In this document: in pieces, positions 24,549 to 34,141 of the stretch | Layout of the letters: every line of letters begins with the position of its first letter | Numbering within the stretch: the first letter of the stretch is position 1 | Source of the DNA: Vulcanimicrobiales bacterium | GTDB taxonomy: Bacteria > Vulcanimicrobiota > Vulcanimicrobiia > Vulcanimicrobiales > Vulcanimicrobiaceae | Direction of reading: 5' to 3' | Assembly (NCBI GenBank): GCA_038231455.1 | Contig: JBBRLI010000022.1 | Coordinates: forward strand, 1 to 47,318 | Length of the DNA stretch: 47,318 nucleotides | The notes under the pieces: generated by a model | Told to the model about the DNA's origin: nothing | The model's database searches: none | What the model saw: the letters and a program-made list of their open reading frames with translations, nothing else | Program-made: the position numbers and the translations under genes

Positions 24549-25514
24549 TTAGGGGCCAGGTCGAACGACCGTATCGCTGATCAGGGTGACCGCTCCATTG
24601 ACGGCGAGGAGTCGGCCGGTGATGTTTGCGGTGCTGCCGACACTGATGGACGTGAACGCGATCACGTTGCCCTGGAACGTCGAGCCGTTGAGTGTCGCAG
24701 ACGAGCCCACTTCCCAGAAGATATTGCACGGGTTCACACCGCCGACGAGCGTAACCGAGCTGCCGACGTTGGCCGTAAGTGTCGACGAGGGAATCTGGAA
24801 GATGAACACGGCGTTCGGATTGCCTTGGCCGTCGAGTGTTACGTTGCCAGTGATGCTGATGGAGACGGCAGCTGCCTTGTACACGCCGGGCGTGATGACG
24901 AGGCCGCCAATGTCGCCGGGAACGGTACCCGTATTCGCGCGCCCTGCGGCGGTGTTGAATGCGGTATTTGCATCGAAATGCGCGGTCGTTGCGGGAGGCA
25001 CGTTGTTATAGGTGTTCCCGCTAACATTACCCGGCGGAAAGCCTGTAATCGAAGTTCCCGGTGAGATACCGATATCACCGGTAATATTCGTCGGCGCCGG
25101 GATGCTGCTGGTATTTGTGAGGGCACTCGCAGCGAGCACGGCAAACGACGTAGCGGCACCGAGAGAGACTGCCTGATTCGGCGGCGATGCATTGGCCGCA
25201 CACGATAGTGCGATCGGCGCCGGTGTCGGTGCTACCGGCGTCGGTGTCGGTGTAGGTGTAGGTGTCGGCGTCACGACGGGCGGAACCGGTGTGGGCGTCG
25301 GTGTCGGTGTAACGCCGGGGGGCAACGGTGTCGGTGTGACGCCGGGCGGGGCGGGAGTCGGTGTCCCGGTCGGGACGGCTGTCGGCACGGCGGCGTTGTA
25401 CGCCGGAACCGTGCAGTTACCGCAACCGCCGCCGCCGCTGCACGATGCAAGCGATGTGAGTACGACGAGCGCGAAGAATGCCGAAATGTACGGCGATGAT
25501 TTGAATATCTTCAT
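24549..25514 (-). CDS. Ice-binding-like (DUF3494) lipoprotein with Pro/Thr linker
   Basis: Lipobox LASC; PT repeats; LGAATSFAVLA, ITGDIGISPG, TPGVY, TLDGQGNPNAVFIFQI, NIFWEVGSSATL, GRLLA..GAVTL. Start 25514 ATG or 25523 GTG. Confidence 0.92.
   Translation of the reverse strand: MKIFKSSPYISAFFALVVLTSLASCSGGGGCGNCTVPAYNAAVPTAVPTGTPTPAPPGVTPTPLPPGVTPTPTPTPVPPVVTPTPTPTPTPTPVAPTPAPIALSCAANASPPNQAVSLGAATSFAVLAASALTNTSSIPAPTNITGDIGISPGTSITGFPPGNVSGNTYNNVPPATTAHFDANTAFNTAAGRANTGTVPGDIGGLVITPGVYKAAAVSISITGNVTLDGQGNPNAVFIFQIPSSTLTANVGSSVTLVGGVNPCNIFWEVGSSATLNGSTFQGNVIAFTSISVGSTANITGRLLAVNGAVTLISDTVVRPGP
25219..25388 (-). repeat. Pro-Thr coding low-complexity repeat
   Basis: Encodes VPTAVPTGTPTPAPPGVTPTPLPPGVTPTPTPTPVPPVVTPTPTPTPTPTPVAPTPAP. 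Confidence 0.85.
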
Positions 25515-25523
25515 GATCCTCAC

Positions 25524-26855
25524 CTAGAACTTCACGCCGAGGCCGAGATACGGACCATCGTGCGTTTGACCGATCGGCGCGTTCGTCTTTGCTTGATAAT
25601 GTTCTGCGCTCAAGCCGCCGTAAACGTAAACCGGTGAGTGTTTTGCTGCCAGGGTCAAGCCGATATCGTACTTCGTGATTTGATACTTCTGCTGGTACGA
25701 TTTCGAATTGTTCGGGCTGGCCGCAATGTTGAGGGTGTAGGTGCCGCTCGCGTTTGGATAGTAGAACGCCGAGCCGTAGAATCCGATGCCGGGTTTGAGG
25801 TCTTGAAGCTTTTCAAGCCCAACGCCTAAGCTCGTCAGATGCGGATAGCCGTAGTTGGTCGACGTGTAGAGATAACCGACTCCGACGTAGATTTTGGGAT
25901 CGGCGATGCGATACAGCAGGCGACCGTCGAGCGAACTCTGTCGCGCGAGGAAGACCGGCGTGAGCGCCGCGCCGCCGTCGATTGTCGAGAAACTCGTGTA
26001 GTGGTTGTTGATGGAATCGGTGAGGTTGTCGCTTGTGACGTACGCATTTTGGCGGTAGTCGAATTTCACGGCGAACGGTGAGTTCGCCAGAAGATATGCG
26101 CCGCTAATGATGTACGAACGACGGCACCACTCGCCGGCGGAGAACTCGTTGTAGTTCTTCGCGGCCGAGAATGCCGCTTCGATGTAGCCGTTGTACGGCG
26201 CCAGCGTCGGGATCGGCGTCGGCGATGCGGTCACGACCGGGGCCGGTGTCGGCACGGGCGTGGGGATCGCGGTCGGTACCGGCGATGGTGAGGGAGTGGG
26301 CGGAGCGATCGGCGGGTTATAGCGCACGACAACGAGGCGTCGGTCGGCGACCCACAGGACGTAAGCGCCCATCGCCTCGGAAATGACACGAACGGGAGCC
26401 AGAATAATGCCGTGATAGAGAATCGGTGGCACGTCGAGCGGACGCGGCTCGCCATTGATGATCACCTCGGCTTTGCCTAAGGTGACGGTGGCACTCGAGC
26501 CGGGCTTGGATGCCGTCATCGTTTTGCCGCCATTGGCAATCGAGACCGTGGCACCCATCTGCTCGAACATCGAGCGAAGGGGGATATAGATCTGGCCGTC
26601 CTTCACGAGGGCAGCAAGAACCCGGCCTTCTTTTAAAACATCGGGGGTCGCGTAAACGGTGTGGTCGTTATAAAGGATCGGAAATTCGCCCGAAGGAGGA
26701 TTCCCGAAGTCCGCAGCTCGTGCGGCGAGCGGAGAGGCGATGGTCAGGCCGGCGACGATCGCCAGTGCCCCCACGCGTGGTGCAATAGCCAGAAATGCCG
26801 AACGAAGCCTTACTCGTAGTAAGGATTTGGATTTTAACGTAAATGTTCTTGACAT
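25524..26855 (-). CDS. Copper-amine-oxidase N-terminal (stalk) domain protein with PT linker and C-terminal beta-barrel-like domain
   Basis: Signal peptide (ARA), YIPLRSMFEQMGATV and APVRVISEAMGA.V.W repeats, alternating aromatic strands, terminal YLGLGVKF. Confidence 0.8.
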   Translation of the reverse strand: MSRTFTLKSKSLLRVRLRSAFLAIAPRVGALAIVAGLTIASPLAARAADFGNPPSGEFPILYNDHTVYATPDVLKEGRVLAALVKDGQIYIPLRSMFEQMGATVSIANGGKTMTASKPGSSATVTLGKAEVIINGEPRPLDVPPILYHGIILAPVRVISEAMGAYVLWVADRRLVVVRYNPPIAPPTPSPSPVPTAIPTPVPTPAPVVTASPTPIPTLAPYNGYIEAAFSAAKNYNEFSAGEWCRRSYIISGAYLLANSPFAVKFDYRQNAYVTSDNLTDSINNHYTSFSTIDGGAALTPVFLARQSSLDGRLLYRIADPKIYVGVGYLYTSTNYGYPHLTSLGVGLEKLQDLKPGIGFYGSAFYYPNASGTYTLNIAASPNNSKSYQQKYQITKYDIGLTLAAKHSPVYVYGGLSAEHYQAKTNAPIGQTHDGPYLGLGVKF

Positions 26856-26958
26856 TTTTCCCCACCAATTAAGGAGAAGAAGGCCTCCCCTTGCCTGGCC
26901 TCTACCCTAATTGGCTACCGTACAAACCCAATTGTCCCTCCACGTACCCTGTTTGGAC

Positions 26959-26988
26959 TTGACCGGACTCGCCCTCGTCTAGTAAGAT
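26959..26988 (+). promoter_or_regulatory. sigma70-type promoter of rpsK-rpsD-rpoA-rplQ
   Basis: TTGACC(26959-64)-N18-TAAGAT(26983-88). Confidence 0.65.
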
Positions 26989-27140
26989 AGGGCGTTGGCT
27001 TCCGTCAGGAAGTCGAGCCGTTGCGTTCGCCGCGCAGTAGGCAAGAAGATCGGCGCACCCCCGCTGGGGCGCGGCTGGTCGAGGCGACGACACCCTGGGC
27101 TCGTATTTGCCCGGGCAAGATAAACCGTAGAGAGATTCTT

Positions 27141-27536
27141 TTGGCTGCCAAAAAGCAAACCAAGACCCGCAAGAAGCGCGAGTTTAAGAACGTCGGTTCG
27201 GGCGTCGCGCACATCCATTCGTCGTTCAACAACACGATCGTCACGATCTCCGATAACCAGGGATCCGTGATCGCGTGGGCGTCGGCCGGAAACCTTGGAT
27301 TCAAGGGTTCGAAGAAGTCGACGCCGTTCGCCGCTCAGATGGCTGCTGAAGCCGTCGCGCGCAAAGCGATGGACCACGGCATGAAGTCCGCCGAAGTCTA
27401 CGTCAAAGGCCCGGGCGCCGGTCGCGAAGCCGCGATCCGCTCGCTCCAAGCGACCGGACTTGAAATTACGCTCATTAAAGACGTCACGCCGATCCCCCAT
27501 AACGGCTGCCGCCCGCCGAAGCGCCGCCGCGTTTAA
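27141..27536 (+). CDS. rpsK: 30S ribosomal protein S11
   Basis: [49 protein letters not shown] start at 27141. Confidence 0.98.
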   Translation: MAAKKQTKTRKKREFKNVGSGVAHIHSSFNNTIVTISDNQGSVIAWASAGNLGFKGSKKSTPFAAQMAAEAVARKAMDHGMKSAEVYVKGPGAGREAAIRSLQATGLEITLIKDVTPIPHNGCRPPKRRRV

Positions 27537-27554
27537 GGGACTGAAGAGAACACT

Positions 27555-28214
27555 ATGTCACGTTATACCGATGCCGTTTGCCGCCTGTGCCGTCGCGAAA
27601 CCGCGTCCAGCAAAACCGGCGAAAAGATCAAGCTCTTTCTCAAGGGCGACCGCTGCCTGTCCAAAAAGTGTGCCGTCGAGCGCCGTGGTACGGCTCCGGG
27701 CCAGAAGACGCAAAACACCAAGGGCCGTCAGAAGATCTCCGAGTATGGCCGCCAGCTGCGTGAAAAGCAGAAGATGCGCCGTTACTATGGCGTCATCGAA
27801 GGCCAGTTCGAGAACTACTTCCGCGAAGCGCAGCGCGTGCCCGGACAGACCGGTAAGGTCTTCCTCCAACTGCTCGAACGCCGCCTCGACAACGTTGTCT
27901 ATCGTCTCAATCTAGCCTCAAGCCGCGCGCAAGCGCGTCAACTCGTGACGCACCGCCACTTCCGCGTGAACGGCCGCCTTACGAACATCCCGTCGTATAT
28001 TGTCAAAGCGGGCGATGTCATCACGATCGGCGAGCGCAGCCTCAAGTCGGTGATCTTCGAAGCGAACATCGAGATGGCGAAGAGCCGTCGCGCTCCGGAA
28101 TGGCTCGAGTACAGCGAAACCGAGGTTTCGGGTAAAGTCGTCGCACTTCCGAGCCGCGAGCAGATCGACACCCCCGTTGACGAACAACTCATCGTCGAGT
28201 ATTACAGCCGCTAA
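27555..28214 (+). CDS. rpsD: 30S ribosomal protein S4 (Cys-containing, Zn/Fe-S-binding type)
   Basis: CRLCRRE...LFLKGDRC...[29 protein letters not shown]. Confidence 0.98.
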   Translation: MSRYTDAVCRLCRRETASSKTGEKIKLFLKGDRCLSKKCAVERRGTAPGQKTQNTKGRQKISEYGRQLREKQKMRRYYGVIEGQFENYFREAQRVPGQTGKVFLQLLERRLDNVVYRLNLASSRAQARQLVTHRHFRVNGRLTNIPSYIVKAGDVITIGERSLKSVIFEANIEMAKSRRAPEWLEYSETEVSGKVVALPSREQIDTPVDEQLIVEYYSR

Positions 28215-28335
28215 TTAGCACTCGTGTTCGCTCGGCGCAGGCCGGGCGAACTCATCGCCGCTAGGCGTACGATCGTGGTTCGCGGGGCGAACGGCGGATA
28301 ACGTAAGCGGCTACAAAGGATAACCAACAGCAACC

Positions 28336-29259
28336 ATGACCGTTCTCGAAACGCCGCAGGGCGCCCAAATCGAAGTCCGCGAACGCCGCGACAACTATGC
28401 CAAGTTCGTGATCGAGCCGCTCGAACGCGGCTTCGGTATCACCCTTGGCAATGCGCTTCGCCGCATTCTGCTGAGCACGATTCCCGGCGCTGCCGTCACG
28501 TATGTCAAAATCGACGGCGTGTTGCACGAGTTCTCAACGATCCCCGGGATCGTCGAAGACACGACCGACCTGTTGCTCAACCTCAAAGGCTTGCCGATTA
28601 AGCTGAACTCGGATGAACCTAAGGTTCTGACGCTTTCGGTCAACGGTGCTCGCGAAGTCGTCGCGGGCGACATCTCGCCCGATGGCGATGTCGAGATTCT
28701 CCAGCCGAATTACCACATCGCGACGATGACGACGAAGTCGGCCAAACTTTCGATGGAAATCGGCGTTGAGAAGTACCGCGGTTACGTCACTGCCGATAAG
28801 CAGCGCAATATCGAGCACATGATCGGTCTCATCCCGATGGACTCGATCTTCTCGCCGATCCGCAAAGTGAATTTCACCGTCGACGACACGCGCGTCGGCC
28901 AGGTTGTCGACTTCGATCGTCTTACGATCGAAATCGAGACCAACGGTTCGATTACGCCGGATGAAGCGCTTTCGACGGCCGCCGAAATCATTTCGGATCA
29001 GCTCTCGCTCTTCGTCGGTTTCTCGACCGAAGAGAAGCCCGTTGCGGCGGCCCCCACAAGCGAGTGGGACGTTCCGGTCGAAACCCTCAACCTGTCGGTG
29101 CGCTCGTTCAACTGCCTCAAGCGCGCCGGTATCTCGAAGGTCTCAGAACTGCTCGACATGAGCGAAGATGAGATCATCAAGATGCGCAACTTCGGCAAGA
29201 AGTCGCTCGATGAAATCAAGCAAGTCCTCGAAGAAAGGGGTCTGTCGCTCCGCCTGTAG
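28336..29259 (+). CDS. rpoA: RNA polymerase subunit alpha
   Basis: EPLERGFGITLGNALRRILLS, LSVRSFNCLKRAGI, RNFGKKSL. Confidence 0.99.
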   Translation: MTVLETPQGAQIEVRERRDNYAKFVIEPLERGFGITLGNALRRILLSTIPGAAVTYVKIDGVLHEFSTIPGIVEDTTDLLLNLKGLPIKLNSDEPKVLTLSVNGAREVVAGDISPDGDVEILQPNYHIATMTTKSAKLSMEIGVEKYRGYVTADKQRNIEHMIGLIPMDSIFSPIRKVNFTVDDTRVGQVVDFDRLTIEIETNGSITPDEALSTAAEIISDQLSLFVGFSTEEKPVAAAPTSEWDVPVETLNLSVRSFNCLKRAGISKVSELLDMSEDEIIKMRNFGKKSLDEIKQVLEERGLSLRL

Positions 29260-29278
29260 GTAGCGCGACAACTAAGCC

Positions 29279-29632
29279 ATGCCGCACCAAATCGGTAATA
29301 AGCGCCTCTCCCGTACCGACGGGCACCGCAAAGCGCTGCTCCGCAACTTGGCGACCTCGTTCTTCTTGCACGAGAAGATCGAAACGACGTCGACCAAAGC
29401 AAAAGAAATCAGCAAGATCGCTGAACGCCTCATCACGCAGGCCCGCCGCGGCGACTTGCATTCACGCCGCCTCGTTGCACAGTACCTGCTCGACCCGCGC
29501 GTGGTGAAGAAGCTCGTCGAGCAGATCGCACCGGCGTATAAAGAACGCACGGGCGGCTATACGCGCATCACCAAGACGCGCGTGCGTCCGGGCGATGCCG
29601 CGGAACTCTCGATCATCGAGCTCATCAAGTAA
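29279..29632 (+). CDS. rplQ: 50S ribosomal protein L17
   Basis: HRKALLRNLATS, IETTSTKAKE, RTGGYTRI, RPGDAA. Confidence 0.98.
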   Translation: MPHQIGNKRLSRTDGHRKALLRNLATSFFLHEKIETTSTKAKEISKIAERLITQARRGDLHSRRLVAQYLLDPRVVKKLVEQIAPAYKERTGGYTRITKTRVRPGDAAELSIIELIK

Positions 29633-29650
29633 CTCGTGTCGACAATCGAA

Positions 29651-29677
29651 ATGGGTAGCGCGCTCTGGCTTTGGTGA
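29651..29677 (+). CDS. trpL: Putative trp leader peptide MGSALWLW
   Basis: ATG GGT AGC GCG CTC TGG CTT TGG TGA, ending 61 nt before trpE; the Trp codons overlap the 5' arm of a strong hairpin. Confidence 0.7.
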   Translation: MGSALWLW

Positions 29678-29710
29678 GTCTAACTCACCAGAGCCGCGGC
29701 TGTTCCGCGC
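29662..29710 (+). promoter_or_regulatory. trp attenuator-like RNA structure
   Basis: GGCTTTGGTGAG(29667-78)-TCTAA-CTCACCAGAGCC(29684-95); alternative pairing GCTCTGG/CCAGAGC; small GCGG/CCGC hairpin downstream; no U-tract. Confidence 0.6.
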
Positions 29711-29738
29711 CCCGTTTCGACCCAACACGAGTGCACCA

Positions 29739-31109
29739 ATGATTTCAGCCCCGGAAAATTCGCGCAAACTCACGCCGATCATGCGCGAATTTATCGCCGA
29801 CTCGCTAACGCCCATCGCGGCGTACCTCGCCCTGGCTACGCCGGGGCGTTCGCTTTTGCTCGAGAGCGTCGAGGGCACCGACCGTATCTCGCGCTACTCG
29901 TTCATCGGTCTTGACTATCTCGAATCGCTGACGTTGAGCGACGATCCCGATATGCTCGCAAAGATTCGTGCGTTCATCGGTGGCCACGTGCTCGACCGGA
30001 GCGACTTGCCGTTCCCCGGCGGTGCCGTGTGCATGTTCACCTACGATGCGGCTCGCGTCCTTGAGGCGATCGGGCAGAAGCCGCCGGCGGATGTGTCGTT
30101 CGCCGATGCGTTGTGCGTGATCCCCGGAACGTGGGTCGTGTTCGATCACTTTACCCATCGCACGACGCTCATCGGATTTGCTCGCGATGCCGGTGAGTTA
30201 GATGAAGTCGGTGCGCGCTTGGATCGCTACATCGAACGCTTACTGGATTCGCGCCCGACGATACCAACGTCGATCCGCGCGCTCGGCCCGGTCACGATGT
30301 CGCTGACCAAAGAGCAGTTCTTCGCGGGCGTGAAGCGCGCGAAACGAGCGATCACCGATGGCGACGTCTATCAATTGCAACTCGGCATCCGGTTCTCCGC
30401 GCCCGTCGACGGCACGCCGTTTGATTTCTATCGCCAGATTCGCGCCCGCAATCCCTCACCGTATATGTTCTTCATCGAGACTGATGGGCGCGCGATCTTT
30501 GGGGCATCGCCAGAATTCTTGGTGCGGCTCGACGGTCGGTCGGCGCGGATCCGTCCGCTCGCCGGCACACGTTCGCGCAACAGCGATCCCGCGATCGATG
30601 CGTCCGTCGCGACCGAGCTGCTTGCCAACGAAAAAGAGCGCGCCGAGCATGTGATGCTCGTTGACCTCGGTCGCAACGACCTCGGCGCCGTCTCGACGAT
30701 CGGCACGGTGCGCGTCGATGAGTTGATGAAAATCGAGCGCTACAGCCACGTCATGCACATCGTCTCAAACGTCGTGAGCGAACTCCGCCCGGAGAGCGAT
30801 GCACTCGATCTCTTTGCCGCCGCGTTTCCCGCCGGCACGGTGACGGGCACGCCGAAGATTCGCGCGATGCAACTGATCGACGAACTCGAACCCGTCGCGC
30901 GCGGCTTCTACGCAGGTTCCGTTGCGCACATCGATTTCGACGGCGACATGGATTCGTGTATTATCTTGCGCAGTGTTGCGGTTGTCGACGGACGCGCGTA
31001 CTGGCAAGCCTCGGCCGGAATCGTCGCCGATTCCGAACCGCAAGCCGAATACGACGAGATTTTCCATAAGACCGGCATCGTGCGCGCGGTCTTAGGGTTG
31101 GACGCGTAA
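29739..31109 (+). CDS. trpE: Anthranilate synthase component I
   Basis: LLES, NPSPYM, GASPE, PLAGT, KERAEHVMLVDLGRND, FPAGTVTGTPKIRAM. Confidence 0.97.
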   Translation: MISAPENSRKLTPIMREFIADSLTPIAAYLALATPGRSLLLESVEGTDRISRYSFIGLDYLESLTLSDDPDMLAKIRAFIGGHVLDRSDLPFPGGAVCMFTYDAARVLEAIGQKPPADVSFADALCVIPGTWVVFDHFTHRTTLIGFARDAGELDEVGARLDRYIERLLDSRPTIPTSIRALGPVTMSLTKEQFFAGVKRAKRAITDGDVYQLQLGIRFSAPVDGTPFDFYRQIRARNPSPYMFFIETDGRAIFGASPEFLVRLDGRSARIRPLAGTRSRNSDPAIDASVATELLANEKERAEHVMLVDLGRNDLGAVSTIGTVRVDELMKIERYSHVMHIVSNVVSELRPESDALDLFAAAFPAGTVTGTPKIRAMQLIDELEPVARGFYAGSVAHIDFDGDMDSCIILRSVAVVDGRAYWQASAGIVADSEPQAEYDEIFHKTGIVRAVLGLDA

Positions 31110-31699
31110 TGCGTCTGTTGCTCGTCGATAACTACGACTCGTTTACGTACAACCTCGCACATCTTTTCGGCACGGTCGGTGCGGATGTCGACGTGATTCG
31201 GAACGACGATCCGTGTTTAGAATCCGGCGTCACCGCGCGTTACGAAGCAATCGCGATCGGCCCGGGTCCTGGTCGCCCAATCGATGCTGGGAGGACGATG
31301 GCAATCGTCCGTGAGGCAGCGGAGCGCGCGCGTCCGCTTCTCGGCGTGTGTCTCGGACATCAAGCGATCGGCGAGTCGTTCGGTGGTGAGGTCGTGCACG
31401 CACCGGCACTCATGCACGGGAAGACCTCACCGATCACGCACGACGGCAGCGGCATTTTCGCCGGTCTGCCATCGCCGTTCGATGCGACTCGGTACCACTC
31501 GCTTTGTGTCGCGCACCATCCGTTTCCGGCAGAGCTGCGCGCGACGGCCGCAAGCGACGACGGCGTGATCCAGGGACTCGCGCACCGCAAGCTTCCTATT
31601 TGGGGCGTGCAATTCCATCCGGAATCGATTCTGACGCCAGCGGGTGAGGCGATCTTTCGCAATTTTCTCGCACTCGCGCGTGAAACGGTCGACGTATGA
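31109..31699 (+). CDS. trpG: Anthranilate synthase component II
   Basis: DNYDSFTYN, GPGPG, GVCLGHQ, RYHSL, GVQFHPES. Confidence 0.97.
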   Translation: MRLLLVDNYDSFTYNLAHLFGTVGADVDVIRNDDPCLESGVTARYEAIAIGPGPGRPIDAGRTMAIVREAAERARPLLGVCLGHQAIGESFGGEVVHAPALMHGKTSPITHDGSGIFAGLPSPFDATRYHSLCVAHHPFPAELRATAASDDGVIQGLAHRKLPIWGVQFHPESILTPAGEAIFRNFLALARETVDV

Positions 31700-32718
31700 C
31701 GGAGTATCCGGCACTCTTACGCTCGGTGATCGCGGGCGAGCATCTTACCTCGGAGATGGCTGCGCTCGCGATTGGCGCGATCATGGACGAGACGATCTCG
31801 CCGACGCGCGCTGCGGCCTTGCTTGCAGCGCTTGCAGCCAAAGGCGAGACCGTGGATGAAGTTGTCGGCGCCGCGCGCGCGATGCGCGATCGCAGCGTGC
31901 GCGTCGAACACGGTCTGCCATACGTGCTCGACGTCTGCGGAACCGGCGGCGACGGGGCCGGGACGATCAATATCTCGACCGCCGTGGCGTTCGTCGTCTC
32001 CGGTGCCGGTGTACCGGTTGCAAAACACGGCAACCGCGCCGCGTCGAGCCAATGCGGCAGCGCGGATGTGCTCGAACGTTTAGGGGTCACGCTGGATCGT
32101 CCGCCCGAAGAGAGCGCGCAGATGCTGCGCGATCACAAGATCGCCTTTCTCTTCGCACAGCGCCACCATCCGGCGATGCGCGTCGTTGCGCCGATTCGCC
32201 GCGAACTTGGTGTGCGCACGATTTTTAACATTCTCGGTCCGCTTACGAACCCGGCCGGTGCGAAACGCCAGGTTGTCGGGGTCGCACACGAACGGTTCGT
32301 GCCGCTCGTCGCTGAAGCGCTGCGCGGTCTTGGCGGTGAAGCGGGAGCCGTCGTGCACGGGACGAGTGGACTCGATGAGATTGCCGGCGACTCGCCAACG
32401 AAGATCTACCAGTTCGATCGCTTGGGGACCAGGCAGTGGATGCTCGATCCGGCGCACTACGGCGTGCACGCATCGATGGAAGTTGTTCGCGGCGGTGACG
32501 TCGACTTCAATGCAAGTGCCCTTACGGCGATTTTGCGCGGTGAGCGCACGCCCCGTGCGGATCTTGTCGCGCTCAATGCGGCGTTTGCGCTCGTCATCGC
32601 CGGTGTGGCCGGCGATATCGAAGAAGGCATGGTACAGGCACGTAAGAGCATCGCGAGCGGCGCGGCAACCGCCGCACTCGATGCGCTACGCGGAAAGTTC
32701 GAGTTGCAGCCGGCATGA
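31696..32718 (+). CDS. trpD: Anthranilate phosphoribosyltransferase
   Basis: DVCGTGGDG, NISTA, KHGNRAASSQCGSAD, RTIFNILGPLTNPA. Confidence 0.98.
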   Translation: MTEYPALLRSVIAGEHLTSEMAALAIGAIMDETISPTRAAALLAALAAKGETVDEVVGAARAMRDRSVRVEHGLPYVLDVCGTGGDGAGTINISTAVAFVVSGAGVPVAKHGNRAASSQCGSADVLERLGVTLDRPPEESAQMLRDHKIAFLFAQRHHPAMRVVAPIRRELGVRTIFNILGPLTNPAGAKRQVVGVAHERFVPLVAEALRGLGGEAGAVVHGTSGLDEIAGDSPTKIYQFDRLGTRQWMLDPAHYGVHASMEVVRGGDVDFNASALTAILRGERTPRADLVALNAAFALVIAGVAGDIEEGMVQARKSIASGAATAALDALRGKFELQPA

Positions 32719-33506
32719 ACGATATCCTCAAAAAGATCTACGCTGCAAAAGCCGTCGTGCTCGCGCAAGACGAAGCGCGCGAACCGATCGGCTTGCTGCG
32801 CGAGCGCGCCGCGCAGTCTCGGAGCGCACGGCGTTCGTTTCGCGGTGCGCTCGAAGGAGCTCGCGGGCCAGCGCTGATTGCAGAAATCAAGCGCGCCTCG
32901 CCGTCGGCGGGAATGATCGCGGCCGACATGGACCCGGCGAGGGTCGCAGCGGAGTACGGAGCGGCCGGGGCCGACGCGATTAGTGTCTTGACCGAGGGCG
33001 AACATTTTTTGGGCGATCTTGCCTACCTCGAGATCGCACGCGGGCACGCAAACGTCCCAATCCTCCGCAAAGATTTTCTCACCTCGGCCTATCAGGTTGC
33101 ACAGGCAGCGGCATACGGAGCCGACGCCGTGCTCGCGATTGTCGCGGGACTCGATGACGCGCAACTGCATGCAATGTTGGCCGAAGCCGAGCGCCATGCG
33201 ATCGACGTGCTGGTCGAAGTGCACGACGAACCGGAATTAGATCGCGCTCTTGCGCTTGGAGCGGGGATACTCGGCATCAACAACCGCAACTTACGCACGT
33301 TCGTCACGGACCTCGCCGTGAGCGAACGACTTCTGGCGAATCTCGCACGGGGCACGCTCGTCATTTCGGAGAGCGGCATTCGCGATGTCGCGGATTGCGC
33401 GCGGCTTGCCGCGGCCGGCGCGCGTGGATTCCTCATTGGGGAGACGCTCATGCGCGGTGGACCCGCGCTCATCGGTCAGATCAAGGCCTTGCCGGTGCCC
33501 GTATGA
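32715..33506 (+). CDS. trpC: Indole-3-glycerol phosphate synthase
   Basis: IAEIKRASPSAG, ISVLTE, PILRKDF, GINNRNL, ISESGI. Confidence 0.98.
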   Translation: MNDILKKIYAAKAVVLAQDEAREPIGLLRERAAQSRSARRSFRGALEGARGPALIAEIKRASPSAGMIAADMDPARVAAEYGAAGADAISVLTEGEHFLGDLAYLEIARGHANVPILRKDFLTSAYQVAQAAAYGADAVLAIVAGLDDAQLHAMLAEAERHAIDVLVEVHDEPELDRALALGAGILGINNRNLRTFVTDLAVSERLLANLARGTLVISESGIRDVADCARLAAAGARGFLIGETLMRGGPALIGQIKALPVPV

Positions 33507-34141
33507 GTCGTACGCGCATCAAGATTTGCGGCATCGCGTCGGTCGAGGATGCAAAACTCGCTGTGGATGCGGGCGCGGATGCGGTGGGTATGATCTTCGC
33601 CGAGAGTCCGCGGCGCATCGATCTTGCGCAAGCGCAAGCGATCGCGGCGGCGGTTCCGGCCTGGGTGACGCCCGTTGGCGTGTTCGTCAATCCCGAACCG
33701 ACGGATGTGGCGCAAGCCTTTCTCTGCGGCATCATCCCGCAGTTTAGCGGCAGTGAGATGCCTGAATTCTGTGAAAAACTGATTTCGGGCAAGCGTTACC
33801 TCAAGGTCTTTCATATCAAGCCGGGCGAGGCATACGTCGCCGAAGATTTTGCCGAACTCGATGCCTACGCGCACGCAACGTTTCTCTTCGATACGAGTGT
33901 CGGCGGAAAATCCGGCGGCACCGGCGTTGCCTTCGACTGGAGCGTCGTCCAAGCGATCAGTGCGACGCGTCCGGTGATCGTGGCGGGCGGGCTGACACCG
34001 GAAAACGTTGGCGCGTGCGTGCGAGAGGTACGCCCCTTCGGCGTCGACGTTCGCTCGGGCGTCGAGACGGACGGAAAAAAAGATGAAGCCAAAGTTCGCG
34101 CGTTCGTGCGCGCGGTGAGGGAAGCGGATGCAGAAGCCTGA
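33503..34141 (+). CDS. trpF: Phosphoribosylanthranilate isomerase
   Basis: [41 protein letters not shown]. Confidence 0.97.
   Translation: MSRTRIKICGIASVEDAKLAVDAGADAVGMIFAESPRRIDLAQAQAIAAAVPAWVTPVGVFVNPEPTDVAQAFLCGIIPQFSGSEMPEFCEKLISGKRYLKVFHIKPGEAYVAEDFAELDAYAHATFLFDTSVGGKSGGTGVAFDWSVVQAISATRPVIVAGGLTPENVGACVREVRPFGVDVRSGVETDGKKDEAKVRAFVRAVREADAEA

Noticed and set aside
25219-26320. GGTGTCGGTGT-type tandem repeats considered as a CRISPR array or VNTR
   Set aside because: They are in-frame Pro-Thr linkers with no constant repeat and unique spacer structure.
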